Virus record (IMG/VR): IMGVR_UViG_3300025168_000240
Location: 1-37,464 of that record
Reading direction: 5' to 3' (one strand)
Source of the DNA: a virus
Lineage: Duplodnaviria; Caudoviricetes
DNA length: 37,464 bases
Numbering within the stretch: the stretch's first letter is position 1; every line of letters starts with the position of its first letter. Below the pieces are notes generated by a model. It searched no databases. It had not been told where the DNA came from and saw only the letters and a program-made list of their open reading frames with translations. Below, one piece after another: positions 20,788 to 29,755 of the stretch. The translations under genes were made by a program, and so were the position numbers.

Positions 20788-20824
20788 AGAGTTCCCTGGC
20801 CCGTAAGGACCAGGGATTAACTCT
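20788..20824 (-). terminator. strong hairpin after the capsid genes (attenuator/stability element)
   Basis: Minus strand CCCTGGTCC-TTAC-GGGCCAGGG (9 bp, one G-U) with outer AGAGTT/AACTCT pairing; no clear poly-U tract. Confidence 0.5.
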
Positions 20825-20841
20825 ATCTCTTTATTTAGCTA

Positions 20842-21093
20842 TTATGATTGGGCACTTACCAATTCCCATACTACTGTTGCCACACCAGCGGCTGTTTTCT
20901 TGCAGTAAAGGTCAGGTTGAGCAGTGTCTAAGTACATTGAACCCTTAGGACTTGCTTGCATATCTCCAGCGGCTGGGGCTCCAGTACCAGTGGCGAAATC
21001 AACACCACCTAATGAAAATACTGATATACCTTCAACATCTTTTGATATCATGCCAGCAGACTTTTTGTCAGCTTGAGTTTGTGCTATTGCCAT
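20842..21093 (-). CDS. small capsid-associated (decoration-like) protein
   Basis: GTGAP...PKGSMYLDT...LY motif; immediately after MCP with GGAG SD. Confidence 0.55.
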   Translation of the reverse strand: MAIAQTQADKKSAGMISKDVEGISVFSLGGVDFATGTGAPAAGDMQASPKGSMYLDTAQPDLYCKKTAAGVATVVWELVSAQS

Positions 21094-21104
21094 ATTCTAC
21101 TCCC

Positions 21105-22103
21105 TTAATAAGCTGAAGGAAGACCAGTAATCTTCCCAAGCATTCTTGGATTACTTACAGTTAAAGCACCTAACCATAGGATTTGTGCAACTGAAGCATC
21201 TTGGTTAACGGGTTTAGAAAAGCCCTGGAACGCAAAGTTTCTTGAACCATGATGTCTAAATTTGATGTATTTAGTGTTCAAGAAATACATGTGTCCAGCT
21301 GGGCAATGGTCATCAACAACAATTGGTGTACCTCTGTACAACAAGTTATTAAAACCAGCATCAGCTAATGACTCACTAGAAGCACCGAAACGCTTCTGTG
21401 CAGACAATGACTCTTCATAAGCATCAAAAATAACCTGAGTGGTTACAATGACATCTGGAGCATCATTATCTACAGTGCAGTTACCATACATCTCTCTAAT
21501 ATATCCTTGGATAAAATCAGCATGAGATGATGTTACAGCTTGTGTGTAGCTCATTCCGCTAGTAGCGGCTTTAACATTAGAATCCCACCATGTATATGTT
21601 GTAGAATTAATTCCACCTAAGGAACGGTCTACTGCACAGATATGTTGCAATCCTAAAAAGCCATCACTCTCAGCATCCGCTGGAGTGCTAACTGATGAAC
21701 CCGTATTATTACTATACAACTGGCTACCAAAAAGGTCTTTAAGTGATTTCTCTGCATTTTTAACTTTAGCAGAAATCAAATCGACTACCCTTTCGGCACC
21801 ACTATTCAACGCTTGCTCTTTACCTGAGTAGGTAATAGAAGCATGACACTGAACCCAGTCGTAAGATGCATCTGTGAACAACTCTTGTGGAGTCGTATCA
21901 AGAACATCATAACCACTGTAAAAACCTTTGGCACCAGACTTAGCGTATTCAATCGGCTGAAGTACTTTGTTACCACTGGCTGTCGGCTCAGAGTTCTGTA
22001 ACATCTTAAATGTTAAGATATTACTGTTGAAAATGTTGTCAATAAGAACGGGTATAAATTTGTCTCTTGTTACAGCACTTAAGCTGTCGGGACTTATACT
22101 CAT
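21105..22103 (-). CDS. major capsid protein
   Basis: 332 aa; LIDNIFNSN, QPIEY, FYSGYDVLDT, LNSGAERVVDLI, GFNNLLYRGTPIVVD, MYFLNTKY motifs; follows scaffold. Confidence 0.88.
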   Translation of the reverse strand: MSISPDSLSAVTRDKFIPVLIDNIFNSNILTFKMLQNSEPTASGNKVLQPIEYAKSGAKGFYSGYDVLDTTPQELFTDASYDWVQCHASITYSGKEQALNSGAERVVDLISAKVKNAEKSLKDLFGSQLYSNNTGSSVSTPADAESDGFLGLQHICAVDRSLGGINSTTYTWWDSNVKAATSGMSYTQAVTSSHADFIQGYIREMYGNCTVDNDAPDVIVTTQVIFDAYEESLSAQKRFGASSESLADAGFNNLLYRGTPIVVDDHCPAGHMYFLNTKYIKFRHHGSRNFAFQGFSKPVNQDASVAQILWLGALTVSNPRMLGKITGLPSAY

Positions 22104-22118
22104 ATTATTATCTTCCTA

Positions 22119-23021
22119 TTATTCAAAAAAGTTATAGTTTTTCAACGCATCAGTTCTAGCTTCCCTATAACCTTTAGGTTTACTGACGGGTTCTGTGTGT
22201 TGACCCTTAACAGCACCTTTTGGTTCAGGTACACTCTTCATCGCTTTTGCGTTTCTAACTCGACTAACTGCGGTTTTAAAAGCACTGTCTTCAGCTGATG
22301 AATGATATGCTAAGACAAAAGCATCCTCTAAGCCCTCGACACCAGTAAAGCCTCTATCTATGGCTGTGGTAATTACCTCATCCATTAAGTTCTGGTCATC
22401 AAGTTCGGGATGGTTTTGCTTTAGTTGCCTAAGGTCAGCAGTAACTTGTTGGTCGGCTTCTACTTCCAACTGTTTCTGGTCTTGTGCCTCAGTAAACTTG
22501 TTTAACTTATCTTCCAACTCCTGGATTTTATCTAAATCCTTCGTGTCCTGAGATTGTATCTCTTCCGCTTGACCTTCAGAAAATATAGGATGGTCCTCAT
22601 CTAAAACATCTTTCAATGCTTCCATTGCATCCTCGTTAGACCTTAAACTATTCCATTTAGATTGTTCAGCTTCGAAAGCTTTACGTTCTTCACTAATAGT
22701 TTGAGCCTTTTCTGTATTTGTCTTTTGCCAATCTGATTTATTTTTTAAAGCACTAATTGCTTCTGCAATGGTTTCCATATCATAATTTTCACCATCTAAT
22801 TCCAGACTTTCAATTTCCTCAACAGAATAATTATCTTCTTCTTGGTCCTCTTGTTGTACAGATTCTAGTTGTTCTGATTGGTCCTCTTGAGGACTTGCAA
22901 CATCTTGGGACTGTAACGTACCCGTTTGCTCCATAGGCGAATTATCTGAATCAGTCAATGAATTAACCTCATCAGCCGTTAAAGTGACACCACTATAACT
23001 AGTTAGTATTTCTTCTGACAT
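22119..23021 (-). CDS. capsid scaffolding protein
   Basis: Very acidic, coiled coil, LDGE/DWQKTNTEKAQ motif; between portal and MCP; AGGAG SD. Confidence 0.75.
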   Translation of the reverse strand: MSEEILTSYSGVTLTADEVNSLTDSDNSPMEQTGTLQSQDVASPQEDQSEQLESVQQEDQEEDNYSVEEIESLELDGENYDMETIAEAISALKNKSDWQKTNTEKAQTISEERKAFEAEQSKWNSLRSNEDAMEALKDVLDEDHPIFSEGQAEEIQSQDTKDLDKIQELEDKLNKFTEAQDQKQLEVEADQQVTADLRQLKQNHPELDDQNLMDEVITTAIDRGFTGVEGLEDAFVLAYHSSAEDSAFKTAVSRVRNAKAMKSVPEPKGAVKGQHTEPVSKPKGYREARTDALKNYNFFE

Positions 23022-23040
23022 TTATTCTCCTATGATGTTT

Positions 23041-23071
23041 AAATTTTTGCAAAGCTTGCAGAACTATCAAA
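23041..23071 (-). promoter_or_regulatory. candidate late promoter motif copy (TTTGATAGTTCTGCA-N8-AAAAATTT)
   Basis: Matches 7875-7904; intergenic, upstream of scaffold/MCP. Confidence 0.45.
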
Positions 23072-23074
23072 ATA

Positions 23075-23212
23075 TCAATATGATGATTTAGAAGGTTTTT
23101 TCTTTAACTTTACTTTAGCCTTTTTTTTAAGCTTTTTTACTTTGACTGTTTTTGAATCATGCCTTGATGTCATAATTAAACCAACAGTTGTTTTACGTTT
23201 TTTCTTTTTCAT
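23075..23212 (-). CDS. small very basic protein, 45 aa (MKKKKRKTTVGLIMTSRHDSKTVKVKKLKKKAKVKLKKKPSKSSY)
   Basis: Hand-translated; ATGA overlap with the stop of 23209..23532. Confidence 0.55.
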   Translation of the reverse strand: MKKKKRKTTVGLIMTSRHDSKTVKVKKLKKKAKVKLKKKPSKSSY

Positions 23213-23532
23213 TTTTTATATCCACGCTTTTTATTAACCTTATCTACAACCTTATTATATATTTTTTTACCACCAGATAAGACCCCTTGTGTAATTAAGT
23301 TACCAGCAACCATTTTACCAAGTAACTTCCGTTTCTCTTTTTTACTCTTACCTTTCATAGCTGCTGCTTGTGCTATTGTTGCTGATGCAGTCACACCCCA
23401 ATGTTCTCTACTATCTATTTTTTTTGTTTTTATCTTTTTTAATTTTTTCTTCCTCTTCTTCTTTAAAGCTTTTTTATAATCTTCTTTTCCTTGAGAATCA
23501 TAACTGTATTTTTTTCCATCTATTTCAGGCAT
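23209..23532 (-). CDS. Lys-rich basic hypothetical protein
   Basis: 107 aa, MPEIDGKKYSY start, poly-Lys tracts. Confidence 0.65.
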   Translation of the reverse strand: MPEIDGKKYSYDSQGKEDYKKALKKKRKKKLKKIKTKKIDSREHWGVTASATIAQAAAMKGKSKKEKRKLLGKMVAGNLITQGVLSGGKKIYNKVVDKVNKKRGYKK

Positions 23533-23534
23533 AA

Positions 23535-25307
23535 CTATTTTCCTTCCATTTGTTTCATTAATTCTGGATTAGCTTGAAGCTGTTCAAATATTTCATCTTC
23601 ACTCATCCCTTCAAATTGTTCTGGCCCAGCTTGTTGTTGCTGTTTCTGTTCACGCATCTGGTTAATTAATCGCTCAATACCAGGTAATTCCATATTGGAT
23701 AAAATATATTCTGGGTCCTGAATCAATCCAGCCTGAGCTAAAGATAATATTTTTTCTTCAACGTAAGCACGATTATCGGGTAACATAGAACCAATCCTTG
23801 CCCGAACCATCATATCGGTCTCATTAAATTCCATTCCAGTGTATTTTACTTCAGCGGCATTGCCTTCACCGTCTGTTGTAGACAAAGAATGCATTTCAGT
23901 CCCCATATTCTTAATCATAGCAATCCACATTTGACCAATGACTTGCATGGCCGCATCTAACTGCCTCGCTTTAAAATCAATCTTATTTGTAGCCGCTTTT
24001 TGATAGGTTTGTGCTTGGACACCACTTGTAACATTTGGCTCTTGTTTACCCATCGTTGCCCTATTAACACCAGACACAGTTTCAAACATATCAATCATTA
24101 ATTGGTAAAAATTAAAAACATAACCAGGCATACTAGATGGTTGAATCATATTTACAGCACCAGGGCCTCGCTTACGAATAATGCTACCAGGTTTATTGTT
24201 TATTTGGTCCTGAACATCACTAGTCTCATCGACAACCCACATAGGATTAGCCATTAAATGGATATTATCCATCACTTGAGAAGCAATTCTATCTAACGCA
24301 AGGTTAATACTTTTAAGTCGTTTAGGTTCTGGTTTACCCCAAAATGAATGTGCTGACCCACCATTTTTCATACTAACAAATGGAAATGGATAAGGACACC
24401 TATTCATCTTATCCAGGAACTGATATCTAGACGGACCATCGTAAAGTATAATGTCGTTAGCCATGCAAATCTTTCGTATCCCACCTGGGTACTTTGGTTT
24501 GCCAACCTTTTCATTATTAGTACCTTCTTCTGCTGTATAATCAAGACTACCGTCTCTCATATACACTTCAACCAGAAGGGACCGTTCTTCCAAGTTTTGC
24601 ATAGCTTCAGTTTCACCATCAAAGTAGTTAGTTTCTTTCCCCTGAGTATCAGTTACCTGGACTAAGTTTTTATCACCTTGCTGAACATCTGTAATTTTTA
24701 ATGCTTCGTATTCTGCAAGTTTTCCCATAGGCTCTACATACTTACCCTTTTCTGGGAATAATTCTTTTATTTCATATATTGGCCTTGGAGCCATGTGGAT
24801 TATCCATTGTGCATTTTCTAATTTTGTAGCACTAGGATTAACATAGAAAGAAAACGGGTCCACAATATCGCAATCTGGCAAGTCATCATACATATTCCAG
24901 TTAAGCTTTACAATACCAGTACCATACACCAAGTAATCTGTAAGCCACTCAGGAACCAAAGTTGCCATATCTCGCATGTACCATAAATCATCTATTTGAG
25001 CTTGTAATGTCTTAGCTACAAATGTTGATTCATCTGTGGACCCTACGGGAATAACATCAATTTTGGGTGGCTTAGAGGACATAATAGGTATCTGAGTATC
25101 AATCACATTCGCTATCATGTCCAATGTAAGCTGATTTTTATAGTTTGGCATATCCATACCAGACCAATGTTCACCCATATATAATTTTTCAGATTCACGC
25201 CAGACTTGTGTTGTTTTATTTCTTGCCCTTTTAGCAAGGTCCATCATCGCATGAATCTTTTTTACTAATTCTTTTTCTTTGTGTCCTGGTTGGTATTGTT
25301 CTGCCAT
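23535..25307 (-). CDS. portal protein (P22-like)
   Basis: 590 aa after terL; YMGEHW, YGTGIVK, VDPFSFYVNP, SGVNRATMG...SG motifs; Gln-rich tail. Confidence 0.85.
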   Translation of the reverse strand: MAEQYQPGHKEKELVKKIHAMMDLAKRARNKTTQVWRESEKLYMGEHWSGMDMPNYKNQLTLDMIANVIDTQIPIMSSKPPKIDVIPVGSTDESTFVAKTLQAQIDDLWYMRDMATLVPEWLTDYLVYGTGIVKLNWNMYDDLPDCDIVDPFSFYVNPSATKLENAQWIIHMAPRPIYEIKELFPEKGKYVEPMGKLAEYEALKITDVQQGDKNLVQVTDTQGKETNYFDGETEAMQNLEERSLLVEVYMRDGSLDYTAEEGTNNEKVGKPKYPGGIRKICMANDIILYDGPSRYQFLDKMNRCPYPFPFVSMKNGGSAHSFWGKPEPKRLKSINLALDRIASQVMDNIHLMANPMWVVDETSDVQDQINNKPGSIIRKRGPGAVNMIQPSSMPGYVFNFYQLMIDMFETVSGVNRATMGKQEPNVTSGVQAQTYQKAATNKIDFKARQLDAAMQVIGQMWIAMIKNMGTEMHSLSTTDGEGNAAEVKYTGMEFNETDMMVRARIGSMLPDNRAYVEEKILSLAQAGLIQDPEYILSNMELPGIERLINQMREQKQQQQAGPEQFEGMSEDEIFEQLQANPELMKQMEGK

Positions 25308-25538
25308 TTAATTTCTCTCGTTATTGGTGTAACCAGTAGACATTATATCACTGATACTGGTAATAATATCAATATATGCATCTCGTAAGTCAGGAGGCAT
25401 TTCCACCACTTCATCATCTGCGTATAATTCCACTCTATGCCAGGTTCCATTTTCAAAATCAAACCGTTCTATTACCCTCTTAGTCCTGGGGTGTCTGTTT
25501 TTTGCATTTCGAACCTTTGCATCAGTTTCGTTATCCAT
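25308..25538 (-). CDS. hypothetical protein (start uncertain; overlaps terL 3' end)
   Basis: Fills the gap between terL and portal; stop abuts the portal ATG. Confidence 0.5.
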   Translation of the reverse strand: MDNETDAKVRNAKNRHPRTKRVIERFDFENGTWHRVELYADDEVVEMPPDLRDAYIDIITSISDIMSTGYTNNERN

Positions 25539-26833
25539 GGTTTTGTATCTTCCTCTTCAGGATTCCCAATACTCATTAGGGCGTATCTAGTTGAGTCCGC
25601 CAAATGGTCGGGTCCTTTTGTATCTAAATCCTCTGGCCGTCTAATATCATGTACCAACATGGGCAAGGTCTCAATAAACTTGCGACATGTTTTAAATACA
25701 TGAAACTTCGGAGGGTTAGCATCATCCCATTTTAAATATTCACGCAGAAGGTTCCAACCATTGAGGCGGTTATTGTTCGCTTTTATGCAATTAATTCCCC
25801 CTTTTCTTAATATATCTGCAATGGCCATATGGCTACCAGCTACACCATCAGAACGATTCATACTTTGGGGGTTACGAATCCACATACTAGGGTCGCCTAA
25901 AGTGCCTCTGTATTCTTCTCCTTCACTCATTGCATTGATTGCATCTATATGGCCAGATAATTCTAATTCGGATACGTAATAATCACGATACATATAGACA
26001 TCTTTCTCTGGGCTTACCGCTAACCAAGTAACTGCAAATGGAGCTTTAAAACCATAGTCAATTCCACGATACTTATACCAGTGACTGGGGATTTTAAATG
26101 GTTCACACACATGAACATCATAACGCCATGAAGAAAAATACTGCCCGTAATACACATCCCAATCCCCATCTAACCACGCCCGTCTTAATTCATCTGGTAA
26201 ACCCTTTAACATTTCCATATATCCAGGGTCTTCTTCCATTAATGTAGGATTATCTTGAATCTTACTAGGGATAAATATTCGGGTCCTACTTGTAACGGGG
26301 TCATAGTATGTTTTTTCCCTATCATTATCTACAAAACGCCTTTTAAACCAATTATGCCCAGGACCACCAGGGTTACATGTTAAAAATATCTGGGGGGTTA
26401 GCCCGACAGTACTTCTGCAACTACTAATAAGCTTAAGATAATCTTCTTCATCTGCAATCAGAGTAGCTTCCTCAATGCCCATTTTTTGATATTCATGACC
26501 CTGATATTTTTGGTATGCTTGTTTATCCATTAAGTGCCCCGTTCTAATCACCGCACCCGTTGGAAATCTAAACTCTGCTGGATTACCGACTACTTCAACA
26601 TCTAAGTACTTATACATTTGTGTAGCCCTATCAATGTAGTCACGCAAATCATCATAGTTACGTCTTATGATAAGACCCCTAAAGTTGGGGTTATTTAAAT
26701 ATTTTGGGTCTACCATCCATGCCATTAGACAGCTTGATTTGCCACCCCCTCGAGAGCCCCCAAAAGCTATTTCAAATTCAGGTCTAGCTAAAGCAAATGC
26801 TTGTCTTGGATGTGGTTCCCAATGTACTTGCAT
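25472..26833 (-). CDS. terL: terminase large subunit
   Basis: Walker A GGSRGGGKS, Walker B GIEEA, TCNPGG motif, RNase H-like GIDYG and DHLADSTRYA. Confidence 0.95.
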   Translation of the reverse strand: MQVHWEPHPRQAFALARPEFEIAFGGSRGGGKSSCLMAWMVDPKYLNNPNFRGLIIRRNYDDLRDYIDRATQMYKYLDVEVVGNPAEFRFPTGAVIRTGHLMDKQAYQKYQGHEYQKMGIEEATLIADEEDYLKLISSCRSTVGLTPQIFLTCNPGGPGHNWFKRRFVDNDREKTYYDPVTSRTRIFIPSKIQDNPTLMEEDPGYMEMLKGLPDELRRAWLDGDWDVYYGQYFSSWRYDVHVCEPFKIPSHWYKYRGIDYGFKAPFAVTWLAVSPEKDVYMYRDYYVSELELSGHIDAINAMSEGEEYRGTLGDPSMWIRNPQSMNRSDGVAGSHMAIADILRKGGINCIKANNNRLNGWNLLREYLKWDDANPPKFHVFKTCRKFIETLPMLVHDIRRPEDLDTKGPDHLADSTRYALMSIGNPEEEDTKPWITKLMQRFEMQKTDTPGLRG

Positions 26834-27084
26834 TACTTATTGAATATCCAATCTGGGAGAAAATCTAAGGGTTTTGGTCTTTTAATTGAATTACTCCAAG
26901 GGAATTGCATAGGTTCATACTCTTCTATTTTTGCTATATGTGCAATTTTATCTATACCCCTAGCCAAACATTCAGCCTCTTTATTTTGACCCATAGCAAC
27001 TAAATTTGTTACATAGCTATTTTGATGATTCATTGTTTTATAAAATTGATAGATAGCTTTCGCTTGTTGCTTTGTTAAGTTCAT
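26833..27084 (-). CDS. hypothetical protein
   Basis: 83 aa, TAATG-coupled to terL. Confidence 0.6.
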   Translation of the reverse strand: MNLTKQQAKAIYQFYKTMNHQNSYVTNLVAMGQNKEAECLARGIDKIAHIAKIEEYEPMQFPWSNSIKRPKPLDFLPDWIFNK

Positions 27085-27291
27085 TTAATAACCTTTTCTT
27101 ACTTTAGTTTTTTGGTAGGCGTTCATGTCTTTCCAACATTTAGGTAATGCTTTAACCCGATTATCGTAACCAGTTGCTAATCCGCAGTATAGATAAGTTG
27201 TATCAGTGTATTTTTTCTTATGTGGGTGCCATGTGCTAAATGTGGCAAAAGTACATTTTGTATTATTTTTTTTAGGGCAAGATTCAAACAT
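27085..27291 (-). CDS. small Cys-containing hypothetical protein
   Basis: 68 aa with four Cys; stop abuts the next ATG. Confidence 0.55.
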   Translation of the reverse strand: MFESCPKKNNTKCTFATFSTWHPHKKKYTDTTYLYCGLATGYDNRVKALPKCWKDMNAYQKTKVRKGY

Positions 27292-27414
27292 GTATAAAAA
27301 AGTATTTCATATTCTGTCTGGGACTCCTAATGATATTGGCGACAGATGGGACCCGAAGAGCGGAGTGCCCCCTTGCGATATTTAAAAGGTTCGTGAACAT
27401 TATAATCTAACAAC

Positions 27415-27870
27415 TTACTTTTCCTTCTTTCCAGAGCCAGGCCCACTGTTTAAGCGTGCTTTCTTCCTCGGTGACGAACTATTTGTCCCGACTTTGTCCC
27501 GAGTCACTGAGGCTTTTGTCTCCTCATCATTATCAGTTGGCCCAGGTAAAATAGTTGAGCCCTCACTCTGGCTGTGGGTACTAACTTTCTTAGGGTCTAA
27601 GCTTACTTTCTCAGGTAGTACAATCACGCCAGTAATACTCTTTTGTTCTACTTCCATTTGCATTGCTTTTAAATCTGGGACCATCTTAGGTAATAGTATC
27701 CGCCAGGCTGAAACTTGCCTCTGGTCTTGGTCATCCATCGCTACATCAAACAGCTTCTGTACTAACTCATTCTTCTGTGGATGCATCCTTACTAAATCCT
27801 TAGCGGATGTCTTGGGCCTTCCTAGTGGGTTACCAGATTGTCCCTTTTGAAATTGTCCTTTATTACTCAT
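27415..27870 (-). CDS. terS: terminase small subunit (DUF5681-like N-terminus)
   Basis: GQFQKGQSGNPLGRPK motif, GVIVLPEK; upstream of terL. ATG at 27870 preferred over GTG at 27900. Confidence 0.75.
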   Translation of the reverse strand: MSNKGQFQKGQSGNPLGRPKTSAKDLVRMHPQKNELVQKLFDVAMDDQDQRQVSAWRILLPKMVPDLKAMQMEVEQKSITGVIVLPEKVSLDPKKVSTHSQSEGSTILPGPTDNDEETKASVTRDKVGTNSSSPRKKARLNSGPGSGKKEK

Positions 27871-27961
27871 ACTTACCTGATTTAAACCTGTAAAATTCAC
27901 TGATTATATATATATGTGTAGTACTATCCTACCTTACAATAATATTATTTTATAAAACTAC

Positions 27962-27991
27962 TTGACACATATAAGTGCTACACTGTAACAT
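27962..27991 (+). promoter_or_regulatory. sigma70-type promoter of the rightward cassette
   Basis: TTGACA (27962-27967), 18-bp spacer, TAACAT (27986-27991). Confidence 0.55.
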
Positions 27992-28023
27992 AGGGCTCAA
28001 TCAAATAACAAAGGACAGTAAAC

Positions 28024-28437
28024 ATGAAAGAACAAATATATAAATCAACTGATTATGAACTTAAACTAATTGCTGGGAGTAGTAGCGAGAGAGAAGGGGT
28101 TTACCCACTGACTCCTGATGAAGTTAGACAGTATATAGAATCCTGGGCCTTTATTAACACTGATTATGGCCGCAGTGATTTAGGGATTGAGTATTATGTT
28201 GACATCAGGATTGATGGAGAGTGGAGTAAGAGTGATGCCAAGAGAAGAAACGGTATTGAAATTTGTGAATGGGATAAAACTGAGCAATATGTTAAGCTAA
28301 AGAAAAAAAACTTCAGTGTCTGGTGTAAGCCTCAAAATGGGTGGACTGAAAATAAGAAATATGCCAGGCATAATCTAAGACCAGTCGATGGTGTTACTAG
28401 CTGGGGGACTTCCTACATAACAATCACAAAAAAATAA
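28024..28437 (+). CDS. hypothetical protein (accessory cassette gene 1)
   Basis: 137 aa, AAGGACAG RBS at 28011. Confidence 0.75.
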   Translation: MKEQIYKSTDYELKLIAGSSSEREGVYPLTPDEVRQYIESWAFINTDYGRSDLGIEYYVDIRIDGEWSKSDAKRRNGIEICEWDKTEQYVKLKKKNFSVWCKPQNGWTENKKYARHNLRPVDGVTSWGTSYITITKK

Positions 28438-28497
28438 CCATACTGATGATGGCCAGGGTAGTTCCCTGGCCGAAACCGTAAAGGTCTATGGAAACTA
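28438..28497 (+). ncRNA. type I hammerhead ribozyme 1 (cleavage predicted after C28486)
   Basis: CCATA-CTGATGA-T-GGCCAGGG/TAGTT/CCCTGGCC-GAA-ACC/GTAAA/GGT-C-TATGG; loop II TAGTT pairs with 3' AACTA. Confidence 0.93.
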
Positions 28498-28523
28498 AAA
28501 CAAATCAAATAAAGGACAGTAAC

Positions 28524-29114
28524 ATGAAATTAAAAAAAGATACATTCACATTATTACAGCTTAAAAAAACTGCGAAAAGCATCAGCACTGAAAGTGGTTG
28601 GGCTTTACCAGGTGATAAGTGGGAAGTTGTACTCACCAGTAAATTATGGGACAGTATTTACCATGAAAAAGCACAGAGACAGCACGGTCTTGGTTTTCAT
28701 GAAGGTAACCCAGTTGATAGAGATGATTTAAAAATAATTAAAACTCTGGATATACCTGAATCTATTGAATATCAAGTGGCGAGATTCAATGAGGATATCG
28801 AAGCTGGTAATGCTCGTTTTTCACCAGTATACCATACCAACAATCTAGGTCCAGATTGGAATACTACTATCGTGGTAGGCGGCAAACCTTACCAAGTAGA
28901 AACGATAGCTGAGCGTGATAGACTTGAGGATGATAGGTCTCATTTTGTTATTGGTATAAATGGAATACATTACATTTATCCAGTTGTGGGTAATGCTGGT
29001 GCATTTAATGAGGATGGCTATGTTACTAGATATGCTCGTGAAGCACTAGCTAGAATGGAGATTAGGAAGGCTTATAAGCTAGTTGGTAAGTCTGCCGCTG
29101 GATTGGGAAAATAA
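28524..29114 (+). CDS. hypothetical protein (accessory cassette gene 2)
   Basis: AAGGACAG RBS at 28512 supports ATG 28524; an in-frame ATG at 28488 lies inside the ribozyme. Confidence 0.75.
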   Translation: MKLKKDTFTLLQLKKTAKSISTESGWALPGDKWEVVLTSKLWDSIYHEKAQRQHGLGFHEGNPVDRDDLKIIKTLDIPESIEYQVARFNEDIEAGNARFSPVYHTNNLGPDWNTTIVVGGKPYQVETIAERDRLEDDRSHFVIGINGIHYIYPVVGNAGAFNEDGYVTRYAREALARMEIRKAYKLVGKSAAGLGK

Positions 29115-29173
29115 CCATACTGATGATGGCCTGGGTGATTCCCAGGCCGAAACCCCAGGGTCTATGGAAATCA
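29115..29173 (+). ncRNA. type I hammerhead ribozyme 2 (cleavage predicted after C29162)
   Basis: CCATA-CTGATGA-T-GGCCTGGG/TGATT/CCCAGGCC-GAA-ACC/CCAG/GGT-C-TATGG; loop II TGATT pairs with 3' AATCA. Confidence 0.93.
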
Positions 29174-29199
29174 TAACTAAAACAAAAAAGGACAGCAAC

Positions 29200-29751
29200 A
29201 TGATATTATTAAATCACAATCAAATCTGGATGACATTATTAACAAATATTTTTTGTCAGAACATTGGCAAAAATGTTAATCCATGGCTTAAGGAAAACTG
29301 GAAACAAAAGAAAGATAATACGCTTAGACAGCATCAGCTTACTCAGTTAGAAAAAAGAATCTCGGACTCACTTGAAGCCACTTGCCAGGACTTAAAAAAT
29401 ATAGATGAGTTTGGTTATGGTGGGTATGACTTTCGTTTCACCAACTGGAACAGTTACAGCGTTTGCCTAGTGTTGGAAGTTCTTTACTACAAATGGCCTA
29501 AGAAGGTTGATAGAACTGTATCTACCAAGAAAGCGATATTAAGGTTAGGACCTGACTGGGATTACAGTAATCAGGAGAAATTAGATACATGCTACCCTAC
29601 TCATGAACATCCCTATGAAACTGTTATAAAAGGCATAGAAGAACAGATTGAGATTGATGAACAGATTAAGAAACTAAGAACAAAAAAAGCAGACCTACTA
29701 CGTTCAATTGGACATAGTTATTTTGAGGATTTAGATTACAAGGTCCATTAA
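29200..29751 (+). CDS. hypothetical protein (accessory cassette gene 3)
   Basis: AAGGACAG RBS at 29188 supports ATG 29200. Confidence 0.75.
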   Translation: MILLNHNQIWMTLLTNIFCQNIGKNVNPWLKENWKQKKDNTLRQHQLTQLEKRISDSLEATCQDLKNIDEFGYGGYDFRFTNWNSYSVCLVLEVLYYKWPKKVDRTVSTKKAILRLGPDWDYSNQEKLDTCYPTHEHPYETVIKGIEEQIEIDEQIKKLRTKKADLLRSIGHSYFEDLDYKVH

Positions 29752-29755
29752 AATA

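Noticed and set aside
20791-20801. GTTCCCTGGCC identical to part of ribozyme 1 stem II (28461-28471)
   Set aside because: No CTGATGA/GAAA core nearby; most likely a coincidence between GC-rich hairpins.
21692-28102. Other CTGATGA heptamers (e.g. ~21692, ~22295, ~28096)
   Set aside because: They lie inside coding sequence and lack stem II, the GAAA motif and stem I/III pairing.
29083-29199. ORF-track N-terminal extension of 29083..29751 (and the GTG start at 29801)
   Set aside because: These run through the ribozymes and lack an SD; the downstream ATGs have clear RBSs.
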